Assembly (NCBI GenBank): GCA_046485285.1
Contig: JAWOHE010000077.1
Coordinates: forward strand, 1-20,813
Origin: a bacterium
GTDB taxonomy: Bacteria > Hydrothermota > Tepidihabitantia > Tepidihabitantales > Tepidihabitantaceae
Direction of reading: 5' to 3'
DNA: 20,813 bases
Both the position numbers and the translations under genes were made by a program. This document shows, piece after piece, positions 1 to 8,321 of the stretch. The notes under the pieces are model-generated. The model was not told the DNA's origin. It saw nothing but the letters and a program-made list of their open reading frames with translations, and ran no database searches. Numbering within the stretch: the first letter of the stretch is position 1; each line of letters starts with the position of its first letter.

Positions 1-73
1 TTCTATAATTTCCTTCGATGGTCCAGCCAGGAGCGCACTGCCGCTCGGCCCGCGAGCGGGCCGGGACGCGGTC

Positions 74-1078
74 GTGAGGTTCGTCTACTCGGCCCGCTAC
101 GAGCTGAACATCGGTTCCCACGTTTTCCCGACCGACAAGTACCGGCTCGTCCAGGAGCGCCTGCTCGCCGCCGGGCTGGCCAAACCCGAGGATTTCAGCG
201 AGCCGCCCGAACCCGACCCGGAGGAGATCCGGCTCGTCCATACCCCGGAGTACGTCGACGACCTGCTCAACCTGCGCTGGAGCCCGCGGACGGTCCGCTC
301 CGAGCTCCCGCTGACCTGGGATATCGTCAACGGCTACATGCTCCAGGCCGCGGGCACCGTCCTCGCCTGCCGGTTCGGGCTCGAGGACGGCGTCGCGATG
401 CACCTTGGCGGCGGCTATCACCACGCCTTCGCCGACCATGGCGAGGGTTTCTGCTACCTGAACGACGTCGCGGTCGGCGTGCGCAAGATGCTGGCCGAGG
501 GCAGGGTCGAGCGCGCCGCGGTCATCGACGTCGACCTGCACCAGGGCAACGGCACGGCCCGGATTTTCCGCGACGAGCCGCGCGTCTTTACTTTCTCGAT
601 TCACCAGGAGCGGCTTTACCCGGTCAAGGAGGAGTCGAACATCGACATCGGCCTCGACGACGAGGCCGGCGACGACGAGTATCTCGACCGGCTCAAGGCG
701 ATCCTGCCGCAGATTCTCGAGGGTCACAAGCCGGAGCTGGTCGTCTACGTCGCCGGCGCCGACCCGTACCGGCTCGACCAGCTCGGCTCGCTCCGGCTCA
801 CGAAACGGGGCCTGGCGCTGAGGGACCGGCTGGTGATCGGCGCCTGCCATCGCCGCGGAATCCCGGTCGTCCCGGTGCTGGCCGGCGGCTACGCGCTCGA
901 TACCAGGGACACGGTCGATGTCCACGTCAACACCGCCCGTGAGTGCCTGCGCGTGCTCGGGCAACTGCCGCCTTCGTCCGCCAACGGGGAGGCGAACGGG
1001 GTTGAGGCCGGGTCCGCGGCGGGCGGGCCGAACGGCAAGGCGACCGAACCCGGGCCGGCGCTGTCCCCGGGTCAGTGA
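74..1078 (+). CDS. Histone deacetylase family (AcuC/HDAC-like) Zn-dependent deacetylase
   Basis: HDAC motifs in the translation: GGGYHHAFADHGEGFCYLND, IDVDLHQGNGT, AGADPYRLDQLG, LAGGY. GTG start; low-complexity G/A/P C-terminal tail. Confidence 0.93.
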   Translation: MRFVYSARYELNIGSHVFPTDKYRLVQERLLAAGLAKPEDFSEPPEPDPEEIRLVHTPEYVDDLLNLRWSPRTVRSELPLTWDIVNGYMLQAAGTVLACRFGLEDGVAMHLGGGYHHAFADHGEGFCYLNDVAVGVRKMLAEGRVERAAVIDVDLHQGNGTARIFRDEPRVFTFSIHQERLYPVKEESNIDIGLDDEAGDDEYLDRLKAILPQILEGHKPELVVYVAGADPYRLDQLGSLRLTKRGLALRDRLVIGACHRRGIPVVPVLAGGYALDTRDTVDVHVNTARECLRVLGQLPPSSANGEANGVEAGSAAGGPNGKATEPGPALSPGQ

Positions 1079-1126
1079 CTTTCTCGCGCCCGGCGCGAGA
1101 GTCCGCGATATGATGTTGGGCCGCAT

Positions 1127-2281
1127 ATGAAGAGCACCTGCCTCGTCACGACCTCCCAGCCGGTCGACTACTCGCGTTTCTACCACCGCGAGGCGGCGAC
1201 GCTGGCCGCCGCGGGCTGGGCCGTGACCGTGGTCGGCCTGCCGGCCGAGGGCGAGGTCGAGCCGGTGCCGGGCGTGACGGTGATGCCGGTGGTACTGCCG
1301 AGCGGGAGGCGCAAGCTCGGCGCGCTCGACGCGGTCGCCGGCGCGGCCGGGTCGGTCAATGCCAGCGTCTACCACTGCTTCGACCCGTGGGCGCTCCGGG
1401 TCGGGCTCGACATCAGGCGCGACCGGCCGGGCGCCAGGGTCGTCTACGACTCGACCGAGCTGTTTCCCGCGGTGTACCGGGACCGGTCCGACTTGTCCTG
1501 GCCGGTGCGGCTTGCCGCGCGCGCGGCGGTGCGGTCGATCGAGCGGCGCGCGGCCCGGCAGGCCGACGCGATAATCGAAACCAACGCGACCCGGGCGCGG
1601 CGCTTCCAGCGCCTGGGCCGGGAGCCGGTGCTGGTCCGCAACTACCCGCCGAGGCCGGCGCGGCCCCTGCCGGACCGGCCGCGGACGGGAAGGATCGCCT
1701 GGACCGGGCTGATCAGCTACCAGCGCGGGTTCGACGTCCTGCTCCGCGCGTTCGCCGCAACGGCGGCGGAGTTCCCGTCCGCCCGCCTGATCGCGGTCGG
1801 CCGGTTCGACCCCCGGAGCGACATCGAGCGGTGGAGCCGGGAGTTCCTCCGCGGGCGCGGGCTTGCCGACAGGGTCGAGTTCCGGGACCGGCTCACCTAC
1901 CCGGAGCTCCTCGCCGGGCTCGAGGGCTGTGACGTCGGCGTCATCCTGCTCCAGCCCGGCAGGCTCAACGACTACACCGGCCAGCCGAACAAGCTCTTCG
2001 AGTTCATGGCCGCGGGCCTCGCGCTCGTGGCGAGCGACTTCCCGGAAATCGGGCCGGTGGTCCGGAAGGCAGGCTGTGGACTCGCGGTCGACCCGACCGA
2101 TACCGTCGCGGTGGGCGATGCCCTGCGCGCGCTATTGTCCGACCCGGCCGGGCTCGACCGGATGGCCCGGCAGGGGAGAGCCGCAGTCGAGCGCGAGCAC
2201 AACTGGGACACCGCCGCGGCCCGGCTGATCGAGGTCTACGACCGGCTTGCGGCCGGCGAGCCGGAAGGCAGGTCCGCGTGA
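1127..2281 (+). CDS. Glycosyltransferase family 4 (GT-B fold)
   Basis: Motifs VVYDSTE and QPNKLFEFMAAGLALVASDFP, and the C-terminal HNWD helix typical of GT4. Stop overlaps the next start (GTGA). Confidence 0.92.
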   Translation: MKSTCLVTTSQPVDYSRFYHREAATLAAAGWAVTVVGLPAEGEVEPVPGVTVMPVVLPSGRRKLGALDAVAGAAGSVNASVYHCFDPWALRVGLDIRRDRPGARVVYDSTELFPAVYRDRSDLSWPVRLAARAAVRSIERRAARQADAIIETNATRARRFQRLGREPVLVRNYPPRPARPLPDRPRTGRIAWTGLISYQRGFDVLLRAFAATAAEFPSARLIAVGRFDPRSDIERWSREFLRGRGLADRVEFRDRLTYPELLAGLEGCDVGVILLQPGRLNDYTGQPNKLFEFMAAGLALVASDFPEIGPVVRKAGCGLAVDPTDTVAVGDALRALLSDPAGLDRMARQGRAAVEREHNWDTAAARLIEVYDRLAAGEPEGRSA

Positions 2282-3699
2282 TAGGGCGGCCGGCGCGGAA
2301 TGTCGGGTTCCTGCTCGCCGGCGAGCTCCTGACCCGGGGGCTGGGCTTCGCGGTGACCGCGGTGCTCGCCCGGCGGCTCGGGCTCGACGCCTTCGGCCAG
2401 ATCGCGCTCGGGATGTCGCTGATGGCCTACGGCATAATGGTCACCAAGGCCGGCCTGCTGACGGTCGGGACCCGGAACGTCGCCCGTGACCCGGCCGCGA
2501 CCCGGGACCTCGCCGGCCAGGTCCAGACCTTGCGGCTGATGCTCGCCGCGGTCGCTTTCGCCGGCATCGCGCTCTTCGCCGCGCTGTTGCCGCGGCCGGC
2601 CGAGACCCGCTGGCTGCTGGTGCTCTATGCCGCCGGGGTCTTCGCGCAGGCGCTGGCGCTCGAGTGGGTGCTCATCGGCGAGGAGCGGATGCACCACGTC
2701 GCGGCCGGCCACGTCCTGACCAACGCGGTCTACTTCCTGCTCGTGCTGGCGCTCGTGCGCGGGCCGGGCCAGCTCCTGCTCGTGCCGGTGGCCTTCGTCG
2801 TCGCGACCGCGGCCGGCGCCGGCTACCTGCTGGTCCCGCACGCCCGGCGGCACGGCCTGCCCCGGCTCGCCTGGCGGCCGAGGGCCTGGCGCGCGCTCAT
2901 CGGCCAGGCCCTGCCGGTCGGCGCGGCCTCGGTGCTGAGCCAGCTCTACGTCAACGCGCCGGTCGTCAGCCTGTCGCTCCTGCGCGGCGACGCCGCGGCC
3001 GGGCTCTACTCGGCCGCGCACCGGTTCGTCTTCTTCGTGCTGATGCTCGACCGGGTTGTCCAGTCGGTCTTCCTGCCGGTCGCGGCCCGGCAGTACCGGG
3101 CGCGCGGCGATTCCGCGGCGGGCCAGGGCGCGGCCCTGCCCGTCACGATCGGCACGGTCCTGCGCGTCGCGCTCGCGCTCTCGCTGCCGGTCTGCCTGCT
3201 GGTGCTGCTGCTCGCCCCGCAGGTCGCCCGGCTGTTGTTCGGGGCCGAGTTCGAACCGGCCGGCCGGGTGATGATGATTCTCATCTGGTTCTTCCCGCTC
3301 AGCCTCACCAGCACGATAAGCGGTTACACCCTGCTCGCCGCGGACCGCGAGCGGCGCTACGCGGTCAACACCGCGGTCGGGGTGGCGGTCGCGCTGGTGC
3401 TGGTCGTGCTCGGCGGGCTGCGGCTCGGGCCGGCCGGCGCCGCGCTCGGGATGGTGGCAGGCGAGGCGTTGCTGGCCGGGCTGATGCTTGCCGGGATGCT
3501 GGGCCTGGTCCGGCCGCGCATCGGCCTGAGGGTGCTCTGGGTCGCCGTGGCCCTCGTGCCGCTGGCCGGCGTCGTGCTGGCGCTCAGGGACTGGAACTGG
3601 TTCGTCGCCGGTGTTGCCGGCGCGGCCGGCTACGCGGTCGCGCTGTTGCTGGTCCGGGGCGTCACCCCGGCTGACCTTGGCCTGGGCGGCCGGCGATGA
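2278..3699 (+). CDS. Wzx-like oligosaccharide/polysaccharide flippase (MOP superfamily)
   Basis: 473 aa with many hydrophobic segments; N-terminal LARRLGLDAFG and internal AAAGLYSAAHRF motifs typical of Wzx; lies between glycosyltransferase genes. Confidence 0.88.
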   Translation: MIGRPARNVGFLLAGELLTRGLGFAVTAVLARRLGLDAFGQIALGMSLMAYGIMVTKAGLLTVGTRNVARDPAATRDLAGQVQTLRLMLAAVAFAGIALFAALLPRPAETRWLLVLYAAGVFAQALALEWVLIGEERMHHVAAGHVLTNAVYFLLVLALVRGPGQLLLVPVAFVVATAAGAGYLLVPHARRHGLPRLAWRPRAWRALIGQALPVGAASVLSQLYVNAPVVSLSLLRGDAAAGLYSAAHRFVFFVLMLDRVVQSVFLPVAARQYRARGDSAAGQGAALPVTIGTVLRVALALSLPVCLLVLLLAPQVARLLFGAEFEPAGRVMMILIWFFPLSLTSTISGYTLLAADRERRYAVNTAVGVAVALVLVVLGGLRLGPAGAALGMVAGEALLAGLMLAGMLGLVRPRIGLRVLWVAVALVPLAGVVLALRDWNWFVAGVAGAAGYAVALLLVRGVTPADLGLGGRR

Positions 3700-5054
3700 T
3701 TGTCCTGCTTGGCCCGGACCCGGCGTGGCGGCAGTTGCTGGCCCAGGCCGGGCTGCCGTTCCGGGTCGGCCGGCCCGATGCCCGTACCCGGGTGCTCATC
3801 GCGCCGGCCGCGGCCGGCCCGCGCGAGGTCACCGCCGGTCTTGGTGCGGCCGCGCCCGGCTGCGGCCTGCTGGCCGAGGCCGGAGCCTCGCTTCCGGGCG
3901 GCGCGACGCCGGTCGAGGCACTGGCGTTCCGGGTCGAAGCCGCGACCCGGGTCGGCCGGGCCCGCGTCCGGGCATTCCCGAGCCGCGCGCCCCGGCCGGT
4001 CGTCGAGCGGGTCGCGGCCCGGGACAGGGGAGAGGCGCGCCGGCAGGTGACAGCCGCGGTCCGGCGCCTGCTCGACGTACAGTCACTGCCCTGCGCCCGC
4101 CTGGCATCGACCCCGGCCGGCGGCGCGACCGCGCTCGGATTCCGGGTCGACACCGACTACTGCGGCCGCGCGGAGCTGGCGCAGACCCGCCGGCTGGCGG
4201 ACGAGGTCGGGATGAGCTTCAGCTGGTTCGTCAACACCGAGGCCCACGGCCCGCTGCTCGGCGAGCTCGGGATGCTGTTCGCCGGGCAGGACGTCCAGGT
4301 CCATTGCCACCGGCACGAGGTCTTCCGGTCGGTCCGCGCCAACCGCGAGAACGTCGCGCGGGCGACGGCAATCCTCTCGACCCACGGCCTTCGCGCGGTC
4401 GGCGTCGCGTCGCCGTACGGCGACTGGAACCCGTCCTGGGACCGGGCGCTGGCCGAGCTCGGGTTGGTCTACGCGAGCGACTTCGTGGCCGGCTACGACG
4501 ACCTGCCGTTCCGGCCGCTGTTGGGGGACGTGCTGTCGCCTGTGCTCCAGGTGCCGGTGCACCCGGTCTGCCTCGGCCGGCTGCGCGCCGCCCGGGCCTC
4601 GGAGGATGACATCCGCGACTACTACCGCCGCCTTGTCGAGCACAAGGTGGCCCTGCGCGAGCCCTGCCTGCTTTACGACCACCCGACCGCGATCGCGGCG
4701 CACCACGCGCTCCTCGCCGGCATCCTGCGCGACGCCCGCGCGGCGTGCGGCAGGACGCTGTCCCTGACCGGGTATGCCGAGTGGTGGCGTCGGCGTGAGC
4801 AGGTCCGGTTCGAGGTCGCGGTCGAGCCCGACGCGGTCGAGCTGGCGGTCGGGCAGGGCGACGAGCTGGTCGAGGTCGAACTCGAGTTCCGGGGACGACA
4901 TGCGAGGATCCCGCTGCGGCCGGGACGGTACCAGCTCACCGGCCTTTCGTGGCAGGCGGCCGTGGAGCCGAACGCGGAGCCGTCGGCCCGGGTTCCGTTG
5001 CGCACGGTCCTGTCCGAGCGGCTGAGGCAGATGAGGCGGCAGACTCGTAACTAA
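3696..5054 (+). CDS. Polysaccharide deacetylase-like protein (NodB/CE4-like domain)
   Basis: Central domain with FRVDTD, QVHCHRH, ASPYG and LLYDHP, matching the order of CE4 motifs; ATGA overlap with the flippase stop. Confidence 0.72.
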   Translation: MIVLLGPDPAWRQLLAQAGLPFRVGRPDARTRVLIAPAAAGPREVTAGLGAAAPGCGLLAEAGASLPGGATPVEALAFRVEAATRVGRARVRAFPSRAPRPVVERVAARDRGEARRQVTAAVRRLLDVQSLPCARLASTPAGGATALGFRVDTDYCGRAELAQTRRLADEVGMSFSWFVNTEAHGPLLGELGMLFAGQDVQVHCHRHEVFRSVRANRENVARATAILSTHGLRAVGVASPYGDWNPSWDRALAELGLVYASDFVAGYDDLPFRPLLGDVLSPVLQVPVHPVCLGRLRAARASEDDIRDYYRRLVEHKVALREPCLLYDHPTAIAAHHALLAGILRDARAACGRTLSLTGYAEWWRRREQVRFEVAVEPDAVELAVGQGDELVEVELEFRGRHARIPLRPGRYQLTGLSWQAAVEPNAEPSARVPLRTVLSERLRQMRRQTRN

Positions 5055-5066
5055 GAGGGGGAGACG

Positions 5067-6095
5067 ATGAAAGTGCTGATGAGTTCGTTCCAGGCGGTCA
5101 CGGTGCTGGGCGGCGGCGTGCTGGTGCAGGTGCGGTCGCTCGCCGACGAGCTCGCGAAGCTGGGGGTCGAGGCCGAGCTCTTCGACCCCTGGAAGCCGTA
5201 CCGGCTTGAGGAGTACGACCTGTTCCACCTCTTCGGCGCCCACGTCGGGACCTACCACCTCGGCCGGGCGGTCACGACACTCGGGATGAAGCTGGTGTTG
5301 AGCCCGGTGTTCTACAGCCGCCACTCGCCGCGCCGGGTCGCCTCGATGCTCGCGATCGCGCGGCGGCTGAGGAAGCAGGGCGGGGTCTGGACCGAGCACA
5401 TGTTCTGCCGCGAGCTGTGCGACATGGCGACACTGGTGATGCCGAACACCGGCGAGGAGGCGACGATGGTCCGCGAGGCCTTCGGGGTAGACCCCGGCCG
5501 CGTGAAGCTCCTGCCCAACGGCGTCGCGCCGCGCTTCGCCGAAGCGACCCCGGACGCCTTTGTTGCCAGGTACGGGCTCAAGGACTTCGTGCTTTACGTC
5601 GGCCACGTCGGCTGGGGCCGCAAGAACGTCCTGCCGATGCTCGCCGCGGTCGAGGGGCTCGGCTGTCCGACCGTGCTCATCGGCGAGTTGCTTGACAACG
5701 CCTACGGCCGGAGCTGCCAAGAGGTCATCGAGCGCTGCCCGAACATCACCCACATCCCGTCGCTCCCGCCAGATTCCGAGCTGCTCGCCTCAGCCTACGC
5801 GGCCTGCGACACGCTGGTGTTGCCGTCGTTCTACGAGACCCCGGGCCTGGCAGCGCTCGAAGCCGGGCTGGCCGGCGCCAAGGTCTGTATCACCCGGCAC
5901 GGCGGCACCCGGGATTACTTCGGCGACCTCGCCGGCTATCTCGACCCGCGCTCCGGCGAATCGATCCGGAACGCGATCGCGGCCTCGCTCGCGCTTCCGA
6001 AGGGAAGCGCCCTGCGCGACCACATCCGCTCGAACTTCCTGTGGGGAGAGGCGGCGAAGGTGCTCGCCGCCGCTTACCGGGACATCGCCGACTGA
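5067..6095 (+). CDS. Glycosyltransferase family 4
   Basis: Motifs LLPNGV, VLYVGHVGWGRKN and LVLPSFYETPGLAALEAGLAG (E-X7-E); purine-rich SD GAGGGGGAG upstream of the ATG. Confidence 0.93.
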   Translation: MKVLMSSFQAVTVLGGGVLVQVRSLADELAKLGVEAELFDPWKPYRLEEYDLFHLFGAHVGTYHLGRAVTTLGMKLVLSPVFYSRHSPRRVASMLAIARRLRKQGGVWTEHMFCRELCDMATLVMPNTGEEATMVREAFGVDPGRVKLLPNGVAPRFAEATPDAFVARYGLKDFVLYVGHVGWGRKNVLPMLAAVEGLGCPTVLIGELLDNAYGRSCQEVIERCPNITHIPSLPPDSELLASAYAACDTLVLPSFYETPGLAALEAGLAGAKVCITRHGGTRDYFGDLAGYLDPRSGESIRNAIAASLALPKGSALRDHIRSNFLWGEAAKVLAAAYRDIAD

Positions 6096-6109
6096 CCCTG
6101 GAACGGGTT

Positions 6110-6143
6110 GCCCGGGGCGGTATCAGTCGCCCCGGGCTACTTT
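6110..6143 (+). terminator. Probable intrinsic terminator between convergent genes
   Basis: Perfect 10-bp stem GCCCGGGGCG (6110-6119) / CGCCCCGGGC (6128-6137) followed by TACTTT, just after the GT4 stop. Confidence 0.6.
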
Positions 6144-6196
6144 ACGTAATCTACATTACCGGAAGTGCAGTACTCCCGGCGGGGAGACGGGCCGGC

Positions 6197-6565
6197 CTAG
6201 AACTTGAACTTCTCGGCCAACTGGCTGACTCCAAGCGGGCACTTCCAGTACTGGCCGCCCAGCGACTTCACGATGCCGATGATGTCAAACACGATGAGCA
6301 GGATGCTGCCGATCGGCAGGATTATGAACCAGCCAATGAACGGTATCACGCTGCCGAGCAGCGACACCGCGACCCAGTAGATCGTCAGGACGATCCCCTG
6401 CTTGACGTGCCACTTCGCGAAGGCGTTTTCTTTGAGTGTCAGCATCGGGATGAGCCAGAGTATCCCGATGTAGGACAGCCACGCGGTTCCCTTCGCCTGC
6501 TCGACCTCGTTGCCGGCTGCCTGCGGTGCAGGCGCCGGCCCTTCGAACTTGGTCTCGTCTGACAT
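6197..6565 (-). CDS. DUF4870-like small membrane protein (3 TM)
   Basis: Start reassigned to ATG at 6565 (MSDETK...) behind a GGGAGG SD. Pattern AWLSYIGILWLIP...ENAFAKWHVKQG...IIGIVKSLGGQYWKCP is typical of DUF4870 proteins. Confidence 0.8.
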   Translation of the reverse strand: MSDETKFEGPAPAPQAAGNEVEQAKGTAWLSYIGILWLIPMLTLKENAFAKWHVKQGIVLTIYWVAVSLLGSVIPFIGWFIILPIGSILLIVFDIIGIVKSLGGQYWKCPLGVSQLAEKFKF

Positions 6566-6569
6566 TACA

Positions 6570-7001
6570 CTACCTCCCGTTGTCTGGATTCTGCGGTCCG
6601 GCCAGGAAGTGCAGGTGAGCGCCGATGACCGGCACCTGCCACTTGCGGCCAAGTGTTGCGTTGATGATCCCGGCGATTACCAGCCCGATGTACGCCAGGG
6701 AAACCAGGCTGCCGACGACGTTGCGTGCCAGCCAGGCGAGCGCCCGGAAGATGAAGCCCAGGAGCACGATGTCGCCAAGCACGCGGCCAAACACCAACCC
6801 GACAAGCCAGACGACCAGCGAGGCGGCGACGAACGTCAGGAGCAGCGCAAGGCTCTGGCGCCCGTGGAAGTGCGCGTAGTCGTCACCCCGGCAGGCAACC
6901 AGCGGTACGAAGAAAAGCATCGGCAGGTAGCCGACTGCCGACAGGATCAGCACGTCGCCGCCCGGGCCGCTCCGGCCGCCTTCGCTATCGTGCTCAGCCA
7001 C
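6570..7001 (-). CDS. DUF4870-like small membrane protein (paralog of the neighbour)
   Basis: Pattern SAVGYLPMLFFVP...DDYAHFHGRQS...IAGIINATLGRKWQVPVIG. Start reassigned to GTG at 7001 because the ORF-track TTG at 7037 is the TTG of the -35 box. Confidence 0.75.
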   Translation of the reverse strand: MAEHDSEGGRSGPGGDVLILSAVGYLPMLFFVPLVACRGDDYAHFHGRQSLALLLTFVAASLVVWLVGLVFGRVLGDIVLLGFIFRALAWLARNVVGSLVSLAYIGLVIAGIINATLGRKWQVPVIGAHLHFLAGPQNPDNGR

Positions 7002-7008
7002 TCGCGGT

Positions 7009-7037
7009 ATGATAGCCCGGCCCTCGGGAGCTGTCAA
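7009..7037 (-). promoter_or_regulatory. Sigma70-type promoter, leaderless (DUF4870 pair)
   Basis: TTGACA (7037-7032), 17 nt, TATCAT (7014-7009), 7 nt, GTG (7001). Confidence 0.75.
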
Positions 7038-7053
7038 GCAACGCCGGGCCGCG

Positions 7054-8313
7054 TCAGGTGCCGACCTGCCACGAGGACAGGTAGCGCCGCTGTTCCGGGG
7101 TCAGCCGGTCGATGCTGATGCCCATCGTCCTGAGCTTCAGCCGGGCGATGCCCTCGTCGAGCCGGTCCGGAAGCTTGTGGACACGGCATTCGAGCCGGCC
7201 GGCGTGCTCGAGCAGGTACTCGGCAGCCAGCGCCTGGTTGGCGAAAGACATGTCCATCACCATCGCCGGGTGGCCTTCGGCGGCAGAAAGGTTCACCAGC
7301 CGGCCCTCGGCAAGCAGGATCAGCCGGCGGCCGTTGTCGAGCCGGTGCTCGACGCAGTTCGGCCGGAGCTCGCGCTTCGCCTTCGTCATCCGCTCGAGCG
7401 CGGCCTTGTTGATCTCGGCGTCGAAGTGCCCTGAGTTGCAGATGACCGCACCGTCCTTCATCGCCTTCATGTGACGCTCGTCGATGACGTTGATGTCGCC
7501 GGTGACGGTGATGAACAGGTCGGCCAGCCGGCAGGCGTCGGCGAGCCGCATCACCCGGAAGCCGTCCATCCGGGCTTCGAGCGCCCGCACCGGGTCGACC
7601 TCGGTCACGATCACCTCGGCGCCCAGCCCGCGCGCCTTCCAGGACACTCCCCGGCCGCACCAGCCGTAACCGCAGACCACCATTGTCGAGCCGGCGAAGA
7701 GGATGTTGGTCGCGCGGAGAATGCCGTCCAGCGAGCTCTGGCCGGTACCGTAGCGGTTGTCGAACATGAACTTGGTCTGCGAGTCGTTGACCGCGATGAT
7801 CGGGAAGGCAAGCACGCCCGCCTTCTCCATGCTCTTGAGCCGGATGACCCCGGTCGTCGTCTCCTCCGTGCCGCCGATTATCGCCGGAACGAGATGCCTG
7901 TAGTCGGAGTGCAGCGCGGAGACCAGGTCGGCGCCGTCGTCGGTGGTCACCTGCGGGGCGTGGGCTAGGGCGTCGTGGATGTGGCGGTAGTAAGTATCGC
8001 GGTCTTCGCCATTTATCGAGAAAACCGGGATGCCGTCATACTTGACGAGCGCCGCGGCGACCTCGTCCTGGGTCGACAGTGGGTTCGACGCGCAAAGCCG
8101 GACGTCGGCACCGCCGGCCTTGAGCGTCCTCACAAGGTTGGCGGTCTCGGAGGTAACGTGCAGGCAGCAGCTCATCCGGGTGCCCTTGAGCGGCTTCGTG
8201 CGCGCGAAGCGCTCCCGGATGCTCGCCAGCACGGGCATGAACCGGGCCGCCCACTCGATGCGGGTCCGCCCGGTCGGCGCCAGCTTCAGGTCGCGGATGT
8301 CGTGTTTGCGCAT
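7054..8313 (-). CDS. ahcY: Adenosylhomocysteinase (SAH hydrolase)
   Basis: Motifs CLHVTSETANL, ASNPLSTQD, GTEETTTGVIRL, KFMFDNRYGTGQS, GYGWCGRG, NSGHFDAEI, EGRLVNLSAAEGHPAMVMDMSFANQ; SD AGGAGGGG. Confidence 0.98.
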   Translation of the reverse strand: MRKHDIRDLKLAPTGRTRIEWAARFMPVLASIRERFARTKPLKGTRMSCCLHVTSETANLVRTLKAGGADVRLCASNPLSTQDEVAAALVKYDGIPVFSINGEDRDTYYRHIHDALAHAPQVTTDDGADLVSALHSDYRHLVPAIIGGTEETTTGVIRLKSMEKAGVLAFPIIAVNDSQTKFMFDNRYGTGQSSLDGILRATNILFAGSTMVVCGYGWCGRGVSWKARGLGAEVIVTEVDPVRALEARMDGFRVMRLADACRLADLFITVTGDINVIDERHMKAMKDGAVICNSGHFDAEINKAALERMTKAKRELRPNCVEHRLDNGRRLILLAEGRLVNLSAAEGHPAMVMDMSFANQALAAEYLLEHAGRLECRVHKLPDRLDEGIARLKLRTMGISIDRLTPEQRRYLSSWQVGT

Positions 8314-8321
8314 CTCCCCTC

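Noticed and set aside
26-60. GCCAGGAGCGCACTGC resembling part of the SAH riboswitch consensus
   Set aside because: The remaining SAH riboswitch elements are not evident, and the downstream gene is a deacetylase rather than an SAH-recycling gene.
4083-5753. 556-aa antisense ORF, and similar long shadow ORFs (2664-3674, 8427-9599, 11778-13199, 15301-16656, 19593-20711)
   Set aside because: They overlap well-supported genes, lack recognisable motifs, and are expected from stop-codon scarcity in high-GC coding DNA.
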